A DNA stretch of 64,000 nucleotides from the IMG/VR virus record IMGVR_UViG_3300043447_000395, positions 32,001 through 96,000 of that record; one strand, 5' to 3'. The position numbers were made by a program, and so were the translations under genes. The DNA is from a virus (Duplodnaviria; Caudoviricetes). Shown piece by piece: positions 49,866 to 58,836 of this stretch; the stretch's first letter is position 1; each line of letters begins with the position of its first letter. Under the pieces are notes generated by a model. The model was not told where the DNA came from. It searched no databases and saw nothing but the letters and a program-made list of their open reading frames with translations.

Positions 49866-50936
49866 TTAAAATCCTATTTTACTTCCGTTATTTGTTGACT
49901 TGATTAAATCGACGTCTATATTATATATATCTGCTAAACACATTGATTCCTCCACAATTTGATTTTTACCCAAATGTTTCAACAATTTATTGGTCTCGTT
50001 AACTGATAATTTCTCAAACTTATGTTCCGCGATTAACCGACCTTTTCTAAGGAGTGCTTTATCTATTTTTTCTCTCTTCATGTTGAAGGTTGCAACTATT
50101 TGAATACTTAAACAATCGCCCAAAATTCCATCAGTTAGATTGAGGATATTTGAAACACCCGCCGGTGACCCATTACCTTCTCTATCGGAAATTACACGTT
50201 CAGCATCTTCAATAATTAAAATACTATTTTTGTGATCCATCAAGAATGGTATGATAGATGGTTCTGACAACATTTCCGCCATTGACGGTGGGATGAATAG
50301 AATATCTTTGTCTTTAACTAACGATGTTAGATGTTTAATATATGAAGTTTTACCAGTACCAGGGTCACCGTGAAGTAAGATGATTCCTTTACCATTATTT
50401 TCATTTAATTTTTTAACAATGGTTTCATGCACTTTAGCGAACTCAGAACCGTAATTCAATTCTAAATCCATTGGGGGAGCGATTAAATCGTATTCTTCAG
50501 TGTCTAAATGACCCATGTCAGATTTAACCAAATTAATGTTTGATTTCTTTTTCTTTCTCTCGTAAGTTTTTAATTTTTCAAAATCAAGTTGTTCGGTAAT
50601 GTCACCATTTTTAATATCATATGCAAAATCGATTTGAACCAAGTTGTCTTTGGTTTTATCAATATTACCGAATACTCTAACTAATATTTTTTTATCGACA
50701 TTCTCATAAAGTGATTGTGACGACAAATCAAACCTTCTGTTTGATGAAAAAATATTAATCACTTCCACAAACCCAATTGATTTGAAATAATCAATCACGG
50801 AGAAATCGTAATAAATCACATTAATGTGCTTGGAAGGTAATTGGTCGAATTTAATTACATAATATTGTTCGGTTGGTATCTCGGTACCATAGACAGTATC
50901 ATAAATTGGATAATATTCCGGTATGTTTTTGCTCAT
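49866..50936 (-). CDS. AAA+ ATPase (BCS1-like)
   Basis: GDPGTGKT Walker A, IIEDAE Walker B, ILNLTDG, DKALLRKGR. Confidence 0.85.
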   Translation of the reverse strand: MSKNIPEYYPIYDTVYGTEIPTEQYYVIKFDQLPSKHINVIYYDFSVIDYFKSIGFVEVINIFSSNRRFDLSSQSLYENVDKKILVRVFGNIDKTKDNLVQIDFAYDIKNGDITEQLDFEKLKTYERKKKKSNINLVKSDMGHLDTEEYDLIAPPMDLELNYGSEFAKVHETIVKKLNENNGKGIILLHGDPGTGKTSYIKHLTSLVKDKDILFIPPSMAEMLSEPSIIPFLMDHKNSILIIEDAERVISDREGNGSPAGVSNILNLTDGILGDCLSIQIVATFNMKREKIDKALLRKGRLIAEHKFEKLSVNETNKLLKHLGKNQIVEESMCLADIYNIDVDLIKSTNNGSKIGF

Positions 50937-50972
50937 AAAACAAAAATAGGTTAAATAATTAACTTAATAAAC

Positions 50973-51293
50973 TTAGTTTAGACAAATTTTACCAAAACCT
51001 CTGTAGTCTACGAAAATATTTTTTTCGGGGTCTGGCGTTTCTTCTTCCAATTCAGTAATTGACTTATCAACAATAGAAATTGCTTTCATTGTTTTTCGTA
51101 ATAAGTCAAATTGGTCTTTGTTTAACATTGGTTCACCAAGTTGATTGAAATTCTTTTGTGCGATTTCAGTTAGATGGTCAAAAAACTTTTCTTCATCTAC
51201 ACCATGAAGAAAATATATTCTCGCCTCATCATTTTTCTTGAGGTAATTCTTGACAGTTTGTAAATAGGTTAATACTTCAGGCGATAAATCCAT
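50973..51293 (-). CDS. Hypothetical protein
   Basis: ORF abutting nusG. Confidence 0.7.
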   Translation of the reverse strand: MDLSPEVLTYLQTVKNYLKKNDEARIYFLHGVDEEKFFDHLTEIAQKNFNQLGEPMLNKDQFDLLRKTMKAISIVDKSITELEEETPDPEKNIFVDYRGFGKICLN

Positions 51294-51818
51294 CTATATT
51301 TTTTCAATTTGATTTAAAGTTAATGAAACTGCGGTGTTTCGACCAAATATTTTAATTTCAATATCAACTTTATCTCCTTTAATATCAGATATAACTCCAT
51401 CAAAACTTGCAAACGGACCCTCAATTACTTTAATCACTTCACCTTTGATATATTTTAATCTTTTTGACTCAACGTGATTTTCTAACGTATCATCTTTTAA
51501 AATTCTTTTGATATCTGATTCTCTAAGAAGAACCGGTGTTCTATCTCCGCCCATACCCATAATGTTTGGTAAACCCGTTAAACTTTTTAACTCCTCTTCG
51601 TTCAATCTTTTACCACATTCAAAATATAGATATCCACTATATAGAACTTTATCTCTTAAAACTTTTTTATTCTTAACAGAAACAAACTCTTTCTCCAATG
51701 GACAAATAAATCTATTAATGTTTTTAATTTTTCCAAGTGAAATCTCTTTGTTGAATTGTTCGGTTAATGATCTCTCCTTTCCTGGTAATACCTTTACCAC
51801 ATACCAATTTGTTTCCAT
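51294..51818 (-). CDS. nusG: Transcription termination/antitermination factor NusG
   Basis: WYVVKVLPGKE NGN domain, YSGYL, KOW motif VIEGPFASFDG, IFGRNT. Confidence 0.9.
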   Translation of the reverse strand: METNWYVVKVLPGKERSLTEQFNKEISLGKIKNINRFICPLEKEFVSVKNKKVLRDKVLYSGYLYFECGKRLNEEELKSLTGLPNIMGMGGDRTPVLLRESDIKRILKDDTLENHVESKRLKYIKGEVIKVIEGPFASFDGVISDIKGDKVDIEIKIFGRNTAVSLTLNQIEKI

Positions 51819-51836
51819 AGAATTTTAAAATAAATA

Positions 51837-52679
51837 TTAATAATTCATTATGAGAAGTTCAATCCCCTCATTCTGAGTACCGTCTTTTTTGGCTGCGGCC
51901 GCCTTTTTATAAGCTTTTTCTTTCCAAACATAAGTTTCTCTCGGAAACCATTCTGATAGTTGTGGAAAATCATAATATGACAAACCAAATTTCCCTTGCA
52001 TATTTTGTAAACAAGTTGCCAATCTTTGGTGTGTTTCTATTGTAAAGATGTGATTTGAATAGTAGTTCTCCGTTTTATAATACGGTGGATCCATATAGAA
52101 ATATGTAGTTGGTGAATCGTATTTTTCAACAACCTCTTGGAAATCCATATTTTCAACAAAAGTAATTTTGTCTAAATGTTCTCTGTATTTTGGATGTTTT
52201 AATTTATCCATAAAGATTAACACTTTACATCTGTACTTACCTTTGTAATCCATGTATGAAGCAGTTTCAGGTTTTGATCCTGAGAATACTTGTGTTAATA
52301 CGTAAACATACTTACAAGCAATTTCTAAACTATTCTCATCTGTGATAACTAAATTGTCATTGAATACTTCAGTTTGATATTCGTTAAACATCACCGCAAA
52401 TTCGGGTGGTGTGTCAACTACACCCAATTGTTGACATGGGTAGTGTGACAATGCTTCATGTAAAACGTCATACTGTTTAGCCCACTTCATTAAGTTGGCG
52501 TTTAAACCATTATAGTCATTATAGACCACCGTCTTAAGATTAGGGTATTTCTCTAGGTCCATATTAAAAAAGACCCAAAACATACCTGAGAATCCCTCCA
52601 CATAGGTTTCAATGTCATTAGGGATTTGAGGTGCAATCCACTTACCAATTCTAGCTTTACCGCCGATGTAACTTATCAT
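51837..52679 (-). CDS. dam: DNA adenine methyltransferase (D12/Dam class)
   Basis: YIGGK, YVEGFSG, YND, DPPY, ELLIMNY. Confidence 0.88.
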   Translation of the reverse strand: MISYIGGKARIGKWIAPQIPNDIETYVEGFSGMFWVFFNMDLEKYPNLKTVVYNDYNGLNANLMKWAKQYDVLHEALSHYPCQQLGVVDTPPEFAVMFNEYQTEVFNDNLVITDENSLEIACKYVYVLTQVFSGSKPETASYMDYKGKYRCKVLIFMDKLKHPKYREHLDKITFVENMDFQEVVEKYDSPTTYFYMDPPYYKTENYYSNHIFTIETHQRLATCLQNMQGKFGLSYYDFPQLSEWFPRETYVWKEKAYKKAAAAKKDGTQNEGIELLIMNY

Positions 52680-52756
52680 TTCAATTTAAATTATGTACAT
52701 TAAAAAATATAGAGAATAAAATTGAAAAAAAGAAATTAATAGTATATATTTTATAT

Positions 52757-52909
52757 ATGAGTTGTACAAGTTGTAAAGAAAAAAAGGACATTAGGGAAGA
52801 ACTTATGAAGACAACCAAAATTGTCAGTAAAAGTGTCATTTGGTTTATAGTGATATGGACAATACTTGGTATTTACGGTTTGGTTACCTTAATTTCTAAG
52901 ATTTTATGA
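52757..52909 (+). CDS. Small membrane protein with N-terminal CxxC (50 aa)
   Basis: Not in the ORF track: MSCTSCKEKK...VIWFIVIWTILGIYGLVTLISKIL; ATGA overlap with the next gene. Confidence 0.65.
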   Translation: MSCTSCKEKKDIREELMKTTKIVSKSVIWFIVIWTILGIYGLVTLISKIL

Positions 52910-53544
52910 AAAACGGGAAATATTTTATAGTACTGTTCTGTAATAAAAAAAGAATCAAAGTCCTTTATAAATGCATGAAGAGGACAACTATTACCGAATA
53001 TTGGCACGAGTTCAAAACTGAAAAACAACCGCCATTTCTAAAAGTCCAAGGTGGTAAACGAAAACAAGAACAAGTGTTTGAACTTGCATTGATATTTCCC
53101 AACAACAGATGGGCCACAAAAACTTGGGTTAAGGATAGTTTAGGTAGAAACCAAGAGGCTAAAATTGAAGACGACAAATTTCGTATAAAAGAAATTATAC
53201 CTTATTGGAAAGAGGAATTAATTTACGATTTCCAAATCAAAAAAAGAATACGTTTCCATGAGATGATGGAAAAGATACTACCTATTAAAGAAATTGCACA
53301 GGTTTTTATTTTGAATAATAAATTATTCGTACAAGTTGAAAATGATGTGAAATTGTATGGTAATAAAAATCGAGAGGATGCCAATCGATTATTTGAAATT
53401 GTCAGAGAAGAACTGACCAAAAAGAAAAGAGGTAATTTTATTTTTGTTAAGGATGTAACAACACATCAAAGAAAACTATTGTATGATTTTTTGGTAAGTA
53501 AGGGGTTTAATAGACGAGAACTCTTTAGACATTACTCTTACTAA
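52906..53544 (+). CDS. Hypothetical basic protein
   Basis: 212-aa Lys/Arg-rich ORF. Confidence 0.7.
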   Translation: MKNGKYFIVLFCNKKRIKVLYKCMKRTTITEYWHEFKTEKQPPFLKVQGGKRKQEQVFELALIFPNNRWATKTWVKDSLGRNQEAKIEDDKFRIKEIIPYWKEELIYDFQIKKRIRFHEMMEKILPIKEIAQVFILNNKLFVQVENDVKLYGNKNREDANRLFEIVREELTKKKRGNFIFVKDVTTHQRKLLYDFLVSKGFNRRELFRHYSY

Positions 53545-53764
53545 AAACAAAATCCACCATACCTATTGTAATTGTGAACTTATCTTTAGGTCTTTCCATT
53601 TTACTTCCGTATTTTTTTTGAATTGTTAAATAAACGTTTTCGAATTCTTGGTTATTCAATTCAACGATAACCGTCGATGATAATGAGTTCACATTTGCGT
53701 TTTCAAGCAAGTCTGAGATAATTGCCAATTGATTTAAAATCTCACCTTTTTTTTCCATAACCAA
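53525..53764 (-). CDS. Hypothetical protein
   Basis: ORF in an overlapping chain. Confidence 0.6.
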   Translation of the reverse strand: MVMEKKGEILNQLAIISDLLENANVNSLSSTVIVELNNQEFENVYLTIQKKYGSKMERPKDKFTITIGMVDFVFSKSNV

Positions 53765-53936
53765 ATATCCTACTTATTTTATCGAACACAGTAACCTTAT
53801 TTTCTTTGAATAAATCTTCTTTATTTATTCTTTTTATTTCGTTTATCATCTGATTCTTGTGGTTCTGTATCTCCATCTTGTCCTTCTCCATCTCCTTGTT
53901 CAATATCTCCAAGGCTTGGTGTATCCTCTTGTCCAT
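53742..53936 (-). CDS. Hypothetical coiled-coil protein
   Basis: Amphipathic helix; overlaps the upstream ORF by 116 nt. Confidence 0.55.
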   Translation of the reverse strand: MDKRIHQALEILNKEMEKDKMEIQNHKNQMINEIKRINKEDLFKENKVTVFDKISRIFGYGKKR

Positions 53937-54297
53937 AGTTATCCGTTAAATTAATTTCTTTTAGTCTATCTAAAGATTCTTTCTTAAACAACTCTTGTAA
54001 TTGTTTAACTTTCTCGTTGAACAATTTTTGTTTCTCTTCTTCTTCGATATTATATTTAAATACCTCATTTGCGCAAGCGAATACAACATCGTATCCTTCT
54101 TGTGTTGCATTTGCAATTAAGGAAACTAAATTAAACTTATCGTTTTTATCTTGTACTTTAAGTGTTATGGTACGATATGGTTTTACAATCTCATCGTATC
54201 TCCACGTCAATGGTAATTTAATATCTAAACTAACATTATTTTGTACCTCTCTTAAAGAGTGGAAATGGGGTCTTAACGATTTTATATTTTCAAACAC
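53821..54297 (-). CDS. Hypothetical protein
   Basis: 158-aa ORF, GTG start. Confidence 0.65.
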   Translation of the reverse strand: MFENIKSLRPHFHSLREVQNNVSLDIKLPLTWRYDEIVKPYRTITLKVQDKNDKFNLVSLIANATQEGYDVVFACANEVFKYNIEEEEKQKLFNEKVKQLQELFKKESLDRLKEINLTDNYGQEDTPSLGDIEQGDGEGQDGDTEPQESDDKRNKKNK

Positions 54298-54301
54298 AGT
54301 A

Positions 54302-54481
54302 TTAAATTAAAAAGTAGGTTATTATATATGAAAGTGAAAAATAAACAAATACCTTTTCGATAGATGTTACCTCCATAGGTTCAGGATTTTCTTGTGTGAA
54401 CTTGATTCCAAATTCAACAATAAATCTAAGTGTGTAAATTATACTCAATACGAAAAGAAAGAGTTTTATTTCGTTAATCAT
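54302..54481 (-). CDS. Small two-TM membrane protein (59 aa)
   Basis: Not in the ORF track: MINEIKLFLFVLSIIYTLRFIVEFGIKF...VFVYFSLSYIITYFLI. Confidence 0.6.
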   Translation of the reverse strand: MINEIKLFLFVLSIIYTLRFIVEFGIKFTQENPEPMEVTSIEKVFVYFSLSYIITYFLI

Positions 54482-54653
54482 GTTTTTTCATTTCTTCTAA
54501 AATATCCTTACGGTATACTGCAATAAGGAGTTTAATTTCTTGTGCGTATTTACGAGCTCGTATTGAAGCACTTCGATTTCCCTTATCGTAGACCTTTTGA
54601 GTATCGACCGACATCTTCTCAACAAGATCTTTAATCTTCTTTAGGGTTTCCAT
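54474..54653 (-). CDS. Histone H1-like Hc1 family protein (Bacteroidota type, 59 aa)
   Basis: Not in the ORF track: METLKKIKDLVEKMSVDTQKVYDKGNRSASIRARKYAQEIK matches the KGNxAAxxRxRK pattern. Confidence 0.72.
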   Translation of the reverse strand: METLKKIKDLVEKMSVDTQKVYDKGNRSASIRARKYAQEIKLLIAVYRKDILEEMKKHD

Positions 54654-54691
54654 AATATTCTTGTTTTTAATACGAATATACGGAAAAAAAT

Positions 54692-55147
54692 CTAGTTTTT
54701 CAAGTTTTGATTCAATAATCGATAGATTTCCGTTAAAATATCCAGTTCAGACCTGGTTTTACGGTGTTTGAAGTCGAATACTCTATAGAAGTACTCATTG
54801 ATTCTTATAGAGTTACCATCAATTTTAGTGAAGTAATATGCTTCAAGGAAGAAATTCCAAAAATATTCCATGTGTGGTCCTGTTTCCTTGAAAAATATCT
54901 TTTCCTTATTAAAATTTTCAATTGTTTTATTCCAGCACCAAATAAAATGATTGTGTTGTTCAGATTCAGTCTTTATAACATCTTCACCTAAGTATGTACT
55001 ATCTATTAGTTCATATAGTGATATAAGAAAATCGTAGAATAAATTGGTTTTATCGTGCGATATATTATACGCACGATACCAAATATCTAACTGATGTTTA
55101 TAATTTTCAGATGAGATAAACTCCAAATAACTTTCTTTGTTTTCCAT
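54692..55147 (-). CDS. Hypothetical protein
   Basis: 151-aa aromatic-rich ORF. Confidence 0.7.
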   Translation of the reverse strand: MENKESYLEFISSENYKHQLDIWYRAYNISHDKTNLFYDFLISLYELIDSTYLGEDVIKTESEQHNHFIWCWNKTIENFNKEKIFFKETGPHMEYFWNFFLEAYYFTKIDGNSIRINEYFYRVFDFKHRKTRSELDILTEIYRLLNQNLKN

Positions 55148-55194
55148 AGCCTAATATGTTATAATATAAGGATAAATGAAAATAAAAAGAAGAA

Positions 55195-57054
55195 TTATTG
55201 AGTTTTTTTATTGTATGAAGAAAGAGTTTTCATTTTGTTAATTTCTTCTAAAAGAACATTGTTAAATGAAACTTTTGATTCGTTTGTTGGAACCGCCTCT
55301 TTCTTATAAAGAACTCTTTCGTCTTTATCTTTTTTTCTATCCTTCATTTGTTTTTCAATCTTCTTACCTGTTTCAGGTGTTGGGATTGAATTACCGTCTT
55401 TATCTTTAGAAACCTCACCAAGTTCTGAACCGTTTGTTGGTTTCACATCTGTTTTATCTGTTGTTGGAGCATTACCCATAAGTCTATCTCCTTCGATTGC
55501 CATCTTCAATCTTGATTTGAATTTCTCATCTGGTTCATTATCGTAATCCAAATTTTGTAATCCCGCAAAATTCTTAGCAACTTCTTCGTCTTGTTCTTTT
55601 GAATTCTTTCTAGCAACTTTCTCACCTTTACCAATTGCATGTGGGAATTCAGGTTTATCATTACCTTCAACATCGATGTGATTTTTATTCACATCTTTCA
55701 TCATTGCATCGATACCTTCTTTATTTTGTTTACCACTTTCTTTGTGTGCCTTTTTATATGTTTCTAAACCTGGAATTGATTCATTTACCATCTTAGCAAT
55801 CATCTCAGTTAATTCAGATTCGGTAACTCTAATTGTTCTTTTCTTTTTAGTTTCAGACACCATACCACCTGAACATTCATTACACATACCTTCTTCATTT
55901 AACATACCACCACACTCAGAACACATTTCTTTACCTTCTTCAATTTCATATTCTTCTTCGTCTTCGTCATCTTCAAAACCTTCCTCATCGCCACTTGCAG
56001 ATTGGAACACATCAAACAAGTCGTATCCGTATGTTTCTTTAAGTTCATCGATTAATTCTTCTTCGTCATCTTCACTGATATCACCATTCTCAATTGCATC
56101 TTGTACAATGTAACTAATTACGTTGTCAGCATATTCAAACTCATCTGAGAACGTAGATGGTTCATGTTCCATCATTGCTGACCTACTATATTTTTTCCAT
56201 ATTGAGTAAACGTCGTTTTCACCACTTTCACTTTCTTCTTCATCAATCTCACCTTCTTTTTTCTTTTTCAATAACATTCTAAAATCGTTTGCAGTTATCT
56301 TACCGTCTTTGTCAACATCGATTTTATCTTGATTACCATGTAATTCTTCTTCCATATTGGCAGAACATTCTTGACATTCCTCTTCTTCGTTCTTTTGACC
56401 CTTTAAGATTTTAAAATCTTGAGCATCAATCTTACCGTTATGATTTTTATCAAGTTTGGATTGGTTTCCAACTAATTTTTCGTTCATGTCAATATTTTTC
56501 ATGTCTTCTGTTTCTTTTTTCTTTTTTAATAAGTGAGGTGCACATTCTTTTGCTAATTGTACAAGTATATGTTTTACTGTATCTCCACCTCTATCATAAT
56601 CCCACTCGTAATCCGATGAATCAAGTTTAAACATCATTTCATAATGTTCTTGTTCGTCAATTTTACCTATTTCTAACCACTTGTCTAATTTATTTTTAAT
56701 TTCTTCAATTATATCATCATGATGTTCGTGAGCATCTTCTCTATCAAACCATTCATTCATTTGAGTATCGTCAGTTTCTTCTAATTGGTCATTCATTTCG
56801 TCAAGTTTGTCTAACATATCGTCTTGTGATTCGTAAACACCTTTTTCAATGATTAATTCACCTTTATGTTTTGCTTTATAATGAGGTAAGTTTTCTTCAG
56901 CTTCAGCTTCAGTATCAAACGTAGCTAAAGGAATACCCTCACATTTGATGTGGTATACCTCTTTCTTGTTCTCTTTAGATTCTTTTAATATTGTACGTCT
57001 AACTTCTTCAGCCACTACGTTATCAATAATCTTGTTGATTTCACTTATCTTCAT
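55195..57054 (-). CDS. Acidic putative head-internal/scaffold-like protein
   Basis: Highly charged, two EF-hand-like loops, three CxEC motifs, many hydrophobic-x-E motifs. Confidence 0.5.
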   Translation of the reverse strand: MKISEINKIIDNVVAEEVRRTILKESKENKKEVYHIKCEGIPLATFDTEAEAEENLPHYKAKHKGELIIEKGVYESQDDMLDKLDEMNDQLEETDDTQMNEWFDREDAHEHHDDIIEEIKNKLDKWLEIGKIDEQEHYEMMFKLDSSDYEWDYDRGGDTVKHILVQLAKECAPHLLKKKKETEDMKNIDMNEKLVGNQSKLDKNHNGKIDAQDFKILKGQKNEEEECQECSANMEEELHGNQDKIDVDKDGKITANDFRMLLKKKKEGEIDEEESESGENDVYSIWKKYSRSAMMEHEPSTFSDEFEYADNVISYIVQDAIENGDISEDDEEELIDELKETYGYDLFDVFQSASGDEEGFEDDEDEEEYEIEEGKEMCSECGGMLNEEGMCNECSGGMVSETKKKRTIRVTESELTEMIAKMVNESIPGLETYKKAHKESGKQNKEGIDAMMKDVNKNHIDVEGNDKPEFPHAIGKGEKVARKNSKEQDEEVAKNFAGLQNLDYDNEPDEKFKSRLKMAIEGDRLMGNAPTTDKTDVKPTNGSELGEVSKDKDGNSIPTPETGKKIEKQMKDRKKDKDERVLYKKEAVPTNESKVSFNNVLLEEINKMKTLSSYNKKTQ

Positions 57055-57056
57055 AA

Positions 57057-58061
57057 TTAAATAAATATCTTGTTAATCTCATTTAATACTATATTTTCCA
57101 TCTCACTATATGGAATTCCGTATTTTTCTGAGGTTTCTTTGATTGCATTCATCAAATCTTTATCCTCATGTATGAATTCCAACGCTCCAATACCTTGGTT
57201 ACAGTATGGGAATTTTTTACATTTGTCTTTTACCTTAACATAAACAGCTTTAGGGCCACCAAATCTTGGCCATTTCTTATCCTTAACCGCCCTGTTTTTA
57301 TAAATTGTATCTGTACCTCCTATCTTCAATGGACTTTTTCTTCCTTTTGGTGTTTTACCAAATGCAGGAACGTCAAACTCACCGGTACTTAGTATTTCTT
57401 CTTGTAATTTCTTTTTTGATACACTAAATAATGGGGCTTCAAATGATCCTGAAGAACCAGAATCCATTTCTTTAGTTTCAACCTTTTTTAATTTGATGTA
57501 GTATTTTGGGTCTTCCCATAAATGGTCTAACGCAATCTCTTTAGCGGTTTTCTTATCATCGGTATGTTCTTCCTCCTCAACTTCAATTCCAATATCTAAT
57601 TGTACTTTAAGTAAGTCGACGTCTATTTTATGTTTTTTAGCAACATCTTGAATTGTTTTACCGTCAGATAAACCACCTTTTAATTTTTCAGACTCGTCAA
57701 TATTATCTTTTTTAGTTAAATCGACTACCCATATTTTAGGGTCAACTCCGTTTTTAATTAAACCTGATAATCTTGTATTTCCACCCAATAAATCGTAATC
57801 ATTCTCACTAAATTTAACAGCAATAGGTATTTCTACCACCCCTCTTTCAAACGCCTTCTCAAATCTCTTCTTCTTGCCGTCATCTAAACTATCGTAATCT
57901 AAATCGGTATTACCTAACACTTCTTTAATCTTACTGTATGGGGTTATCGTATAGTTATTTGAAGCAGTATCTAACCAACCATCCTTACCCATCTTCTCGA
58001 ATTCACGATAACGAAGGGCTTCCATCCACTCTTCTTTAAAATTTGGTTTCGTATACTTCAT
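57057..58061 (-). CDS. Mosaic protein: ParB/Srx-like N-domain, DUF5661-like domain and C-terminal CKKFPYC domain
   Basis: IPIAV..LLGGNTRL; GIEVEEEEHTDD..AKEIALDHLWEDPKYYIKL. Confidence 0.55.
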   Translation of the reverse strand: MKYTKPNFKEEWMEALRYREFEKMGKDGWLDTASNNYTITPYSKIKEVLGNTDLDYDSLDDGKKKRFEKAFERGVVEIPIAVKFSENDYDLLGGNTRLSGLIKNGVDPKIWVVDLTKKDNIDESEKLKGGLSDGKTIQDVAKKHKIDVDLLKVQLDIGIEVEEEEHTDDKKTAKEIALDHLWEDPKYYIKLKKVETKEMDSGSSGSFEAPLFSVSKKKLQEEILSTGEFDVPAFGKTPKGRKSPLKIGGTDTIYKNRAVKDKKWPRFGGPKAVYVKVKDKCKKFPYCNQGIGALEFIHEDKDLMNAIKETSEKYGIPYSEMENIVLNEINKIFI

Positions 58062-58306
58062 TATCTTACGCTTTTAAGTGCACTCTCCCAAAATCCCTTT
58101 CTTTGCCATAGGGTTTTGAATAGTTCAACAACAACCTTAGTCGATAAATCAACAATTTTATCATCAATTTTCTTAGTTCCTAATTCATCTTGAATCATTT
58201 TAACAACCATTCTGGTTGCTTGAGTGGAACTCATAAAATCACGAATTTCTTTCTTCGCTATGTTTTCAATATCCTTCTTATCTTGAGATGTAAGTGATGA
58301 TGCCAT
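58061..58306 (-). CDS. Hypothetical protein
   Basis: TAATG coupling to the downstream gene. Confidence 0.7.
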   Translation of the reverse strand: MASSLTSQDKKDIENIAKKEIRDFMSSTQATRMVVKMIQDELGTKKIDDKIVDLSTKVVVELFKTLWQRKGFWESALKSVR

Positions 58307-58308
58307 TG

Positions 58309-58836
58309 TTAGTTATGATTTCTTTGTGTAATTAACGGTTCTAATTCCGTCTTATATGTTTCTTCAAACTTAGATAGTTTAGTTAACGTATTTGCGATGT
58401 TTTGTTCAAGTTTTAACATGTCAGCGTTGATATAAACACCCGCTTCTTCGCCTGCAATGAAAACAAAATTCACACCTTCGTCTGTTAATTTACCATCTAA
58501 TCTAATCTGATTTTGATTAATAGTAAAGCCAGGTTCAAAATCAACAATTTGGGATACTTGTTGTCTAAAAGAATCAATCAATTTAGAAATCATTTCTTTT
58601 TGGTCATCTTTTAATTCCATATCTCTCTCATCTGTTGATAAAAGTTTAACGTCAACGTTGTTAATAACCATTACGTCATCTTTTACGTTACCTTCAGGTT
58701 GATTCATGTCCAAACCTGTTTGGTCCATTTCTTCCTCATTAATTGATTTCTTGTGTGATACTGATTCAGTTAAGGTTCTTATGGTTCTTAACATGTTTTT
58801 AGTCACATCATATTGATTTTTCATTTTCATTTGCAT
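58309..58836 (-). CDS. Hypothetical protein (possibly virion)
   Basis: TATTTATA at 58879-58886 upstream; LTES and INEE motifs. Confidence 0.65.
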   Translation of the reverse strand: MQMKMKNQYDVTKNMLRTIRTLTESVSHKKSINEEEMDQTGLDMNQPEGNVKDDVMVINNVDVKLLSTDERDMELKDDQKEMISKLIDSFRQQVSQIVDFEPGFTINQNQIRLDGKLTDEGVNFVFIAGEEAGVYINADMLKLEQNIANTLTKLSKFEETYKTELEPLITQRNHN

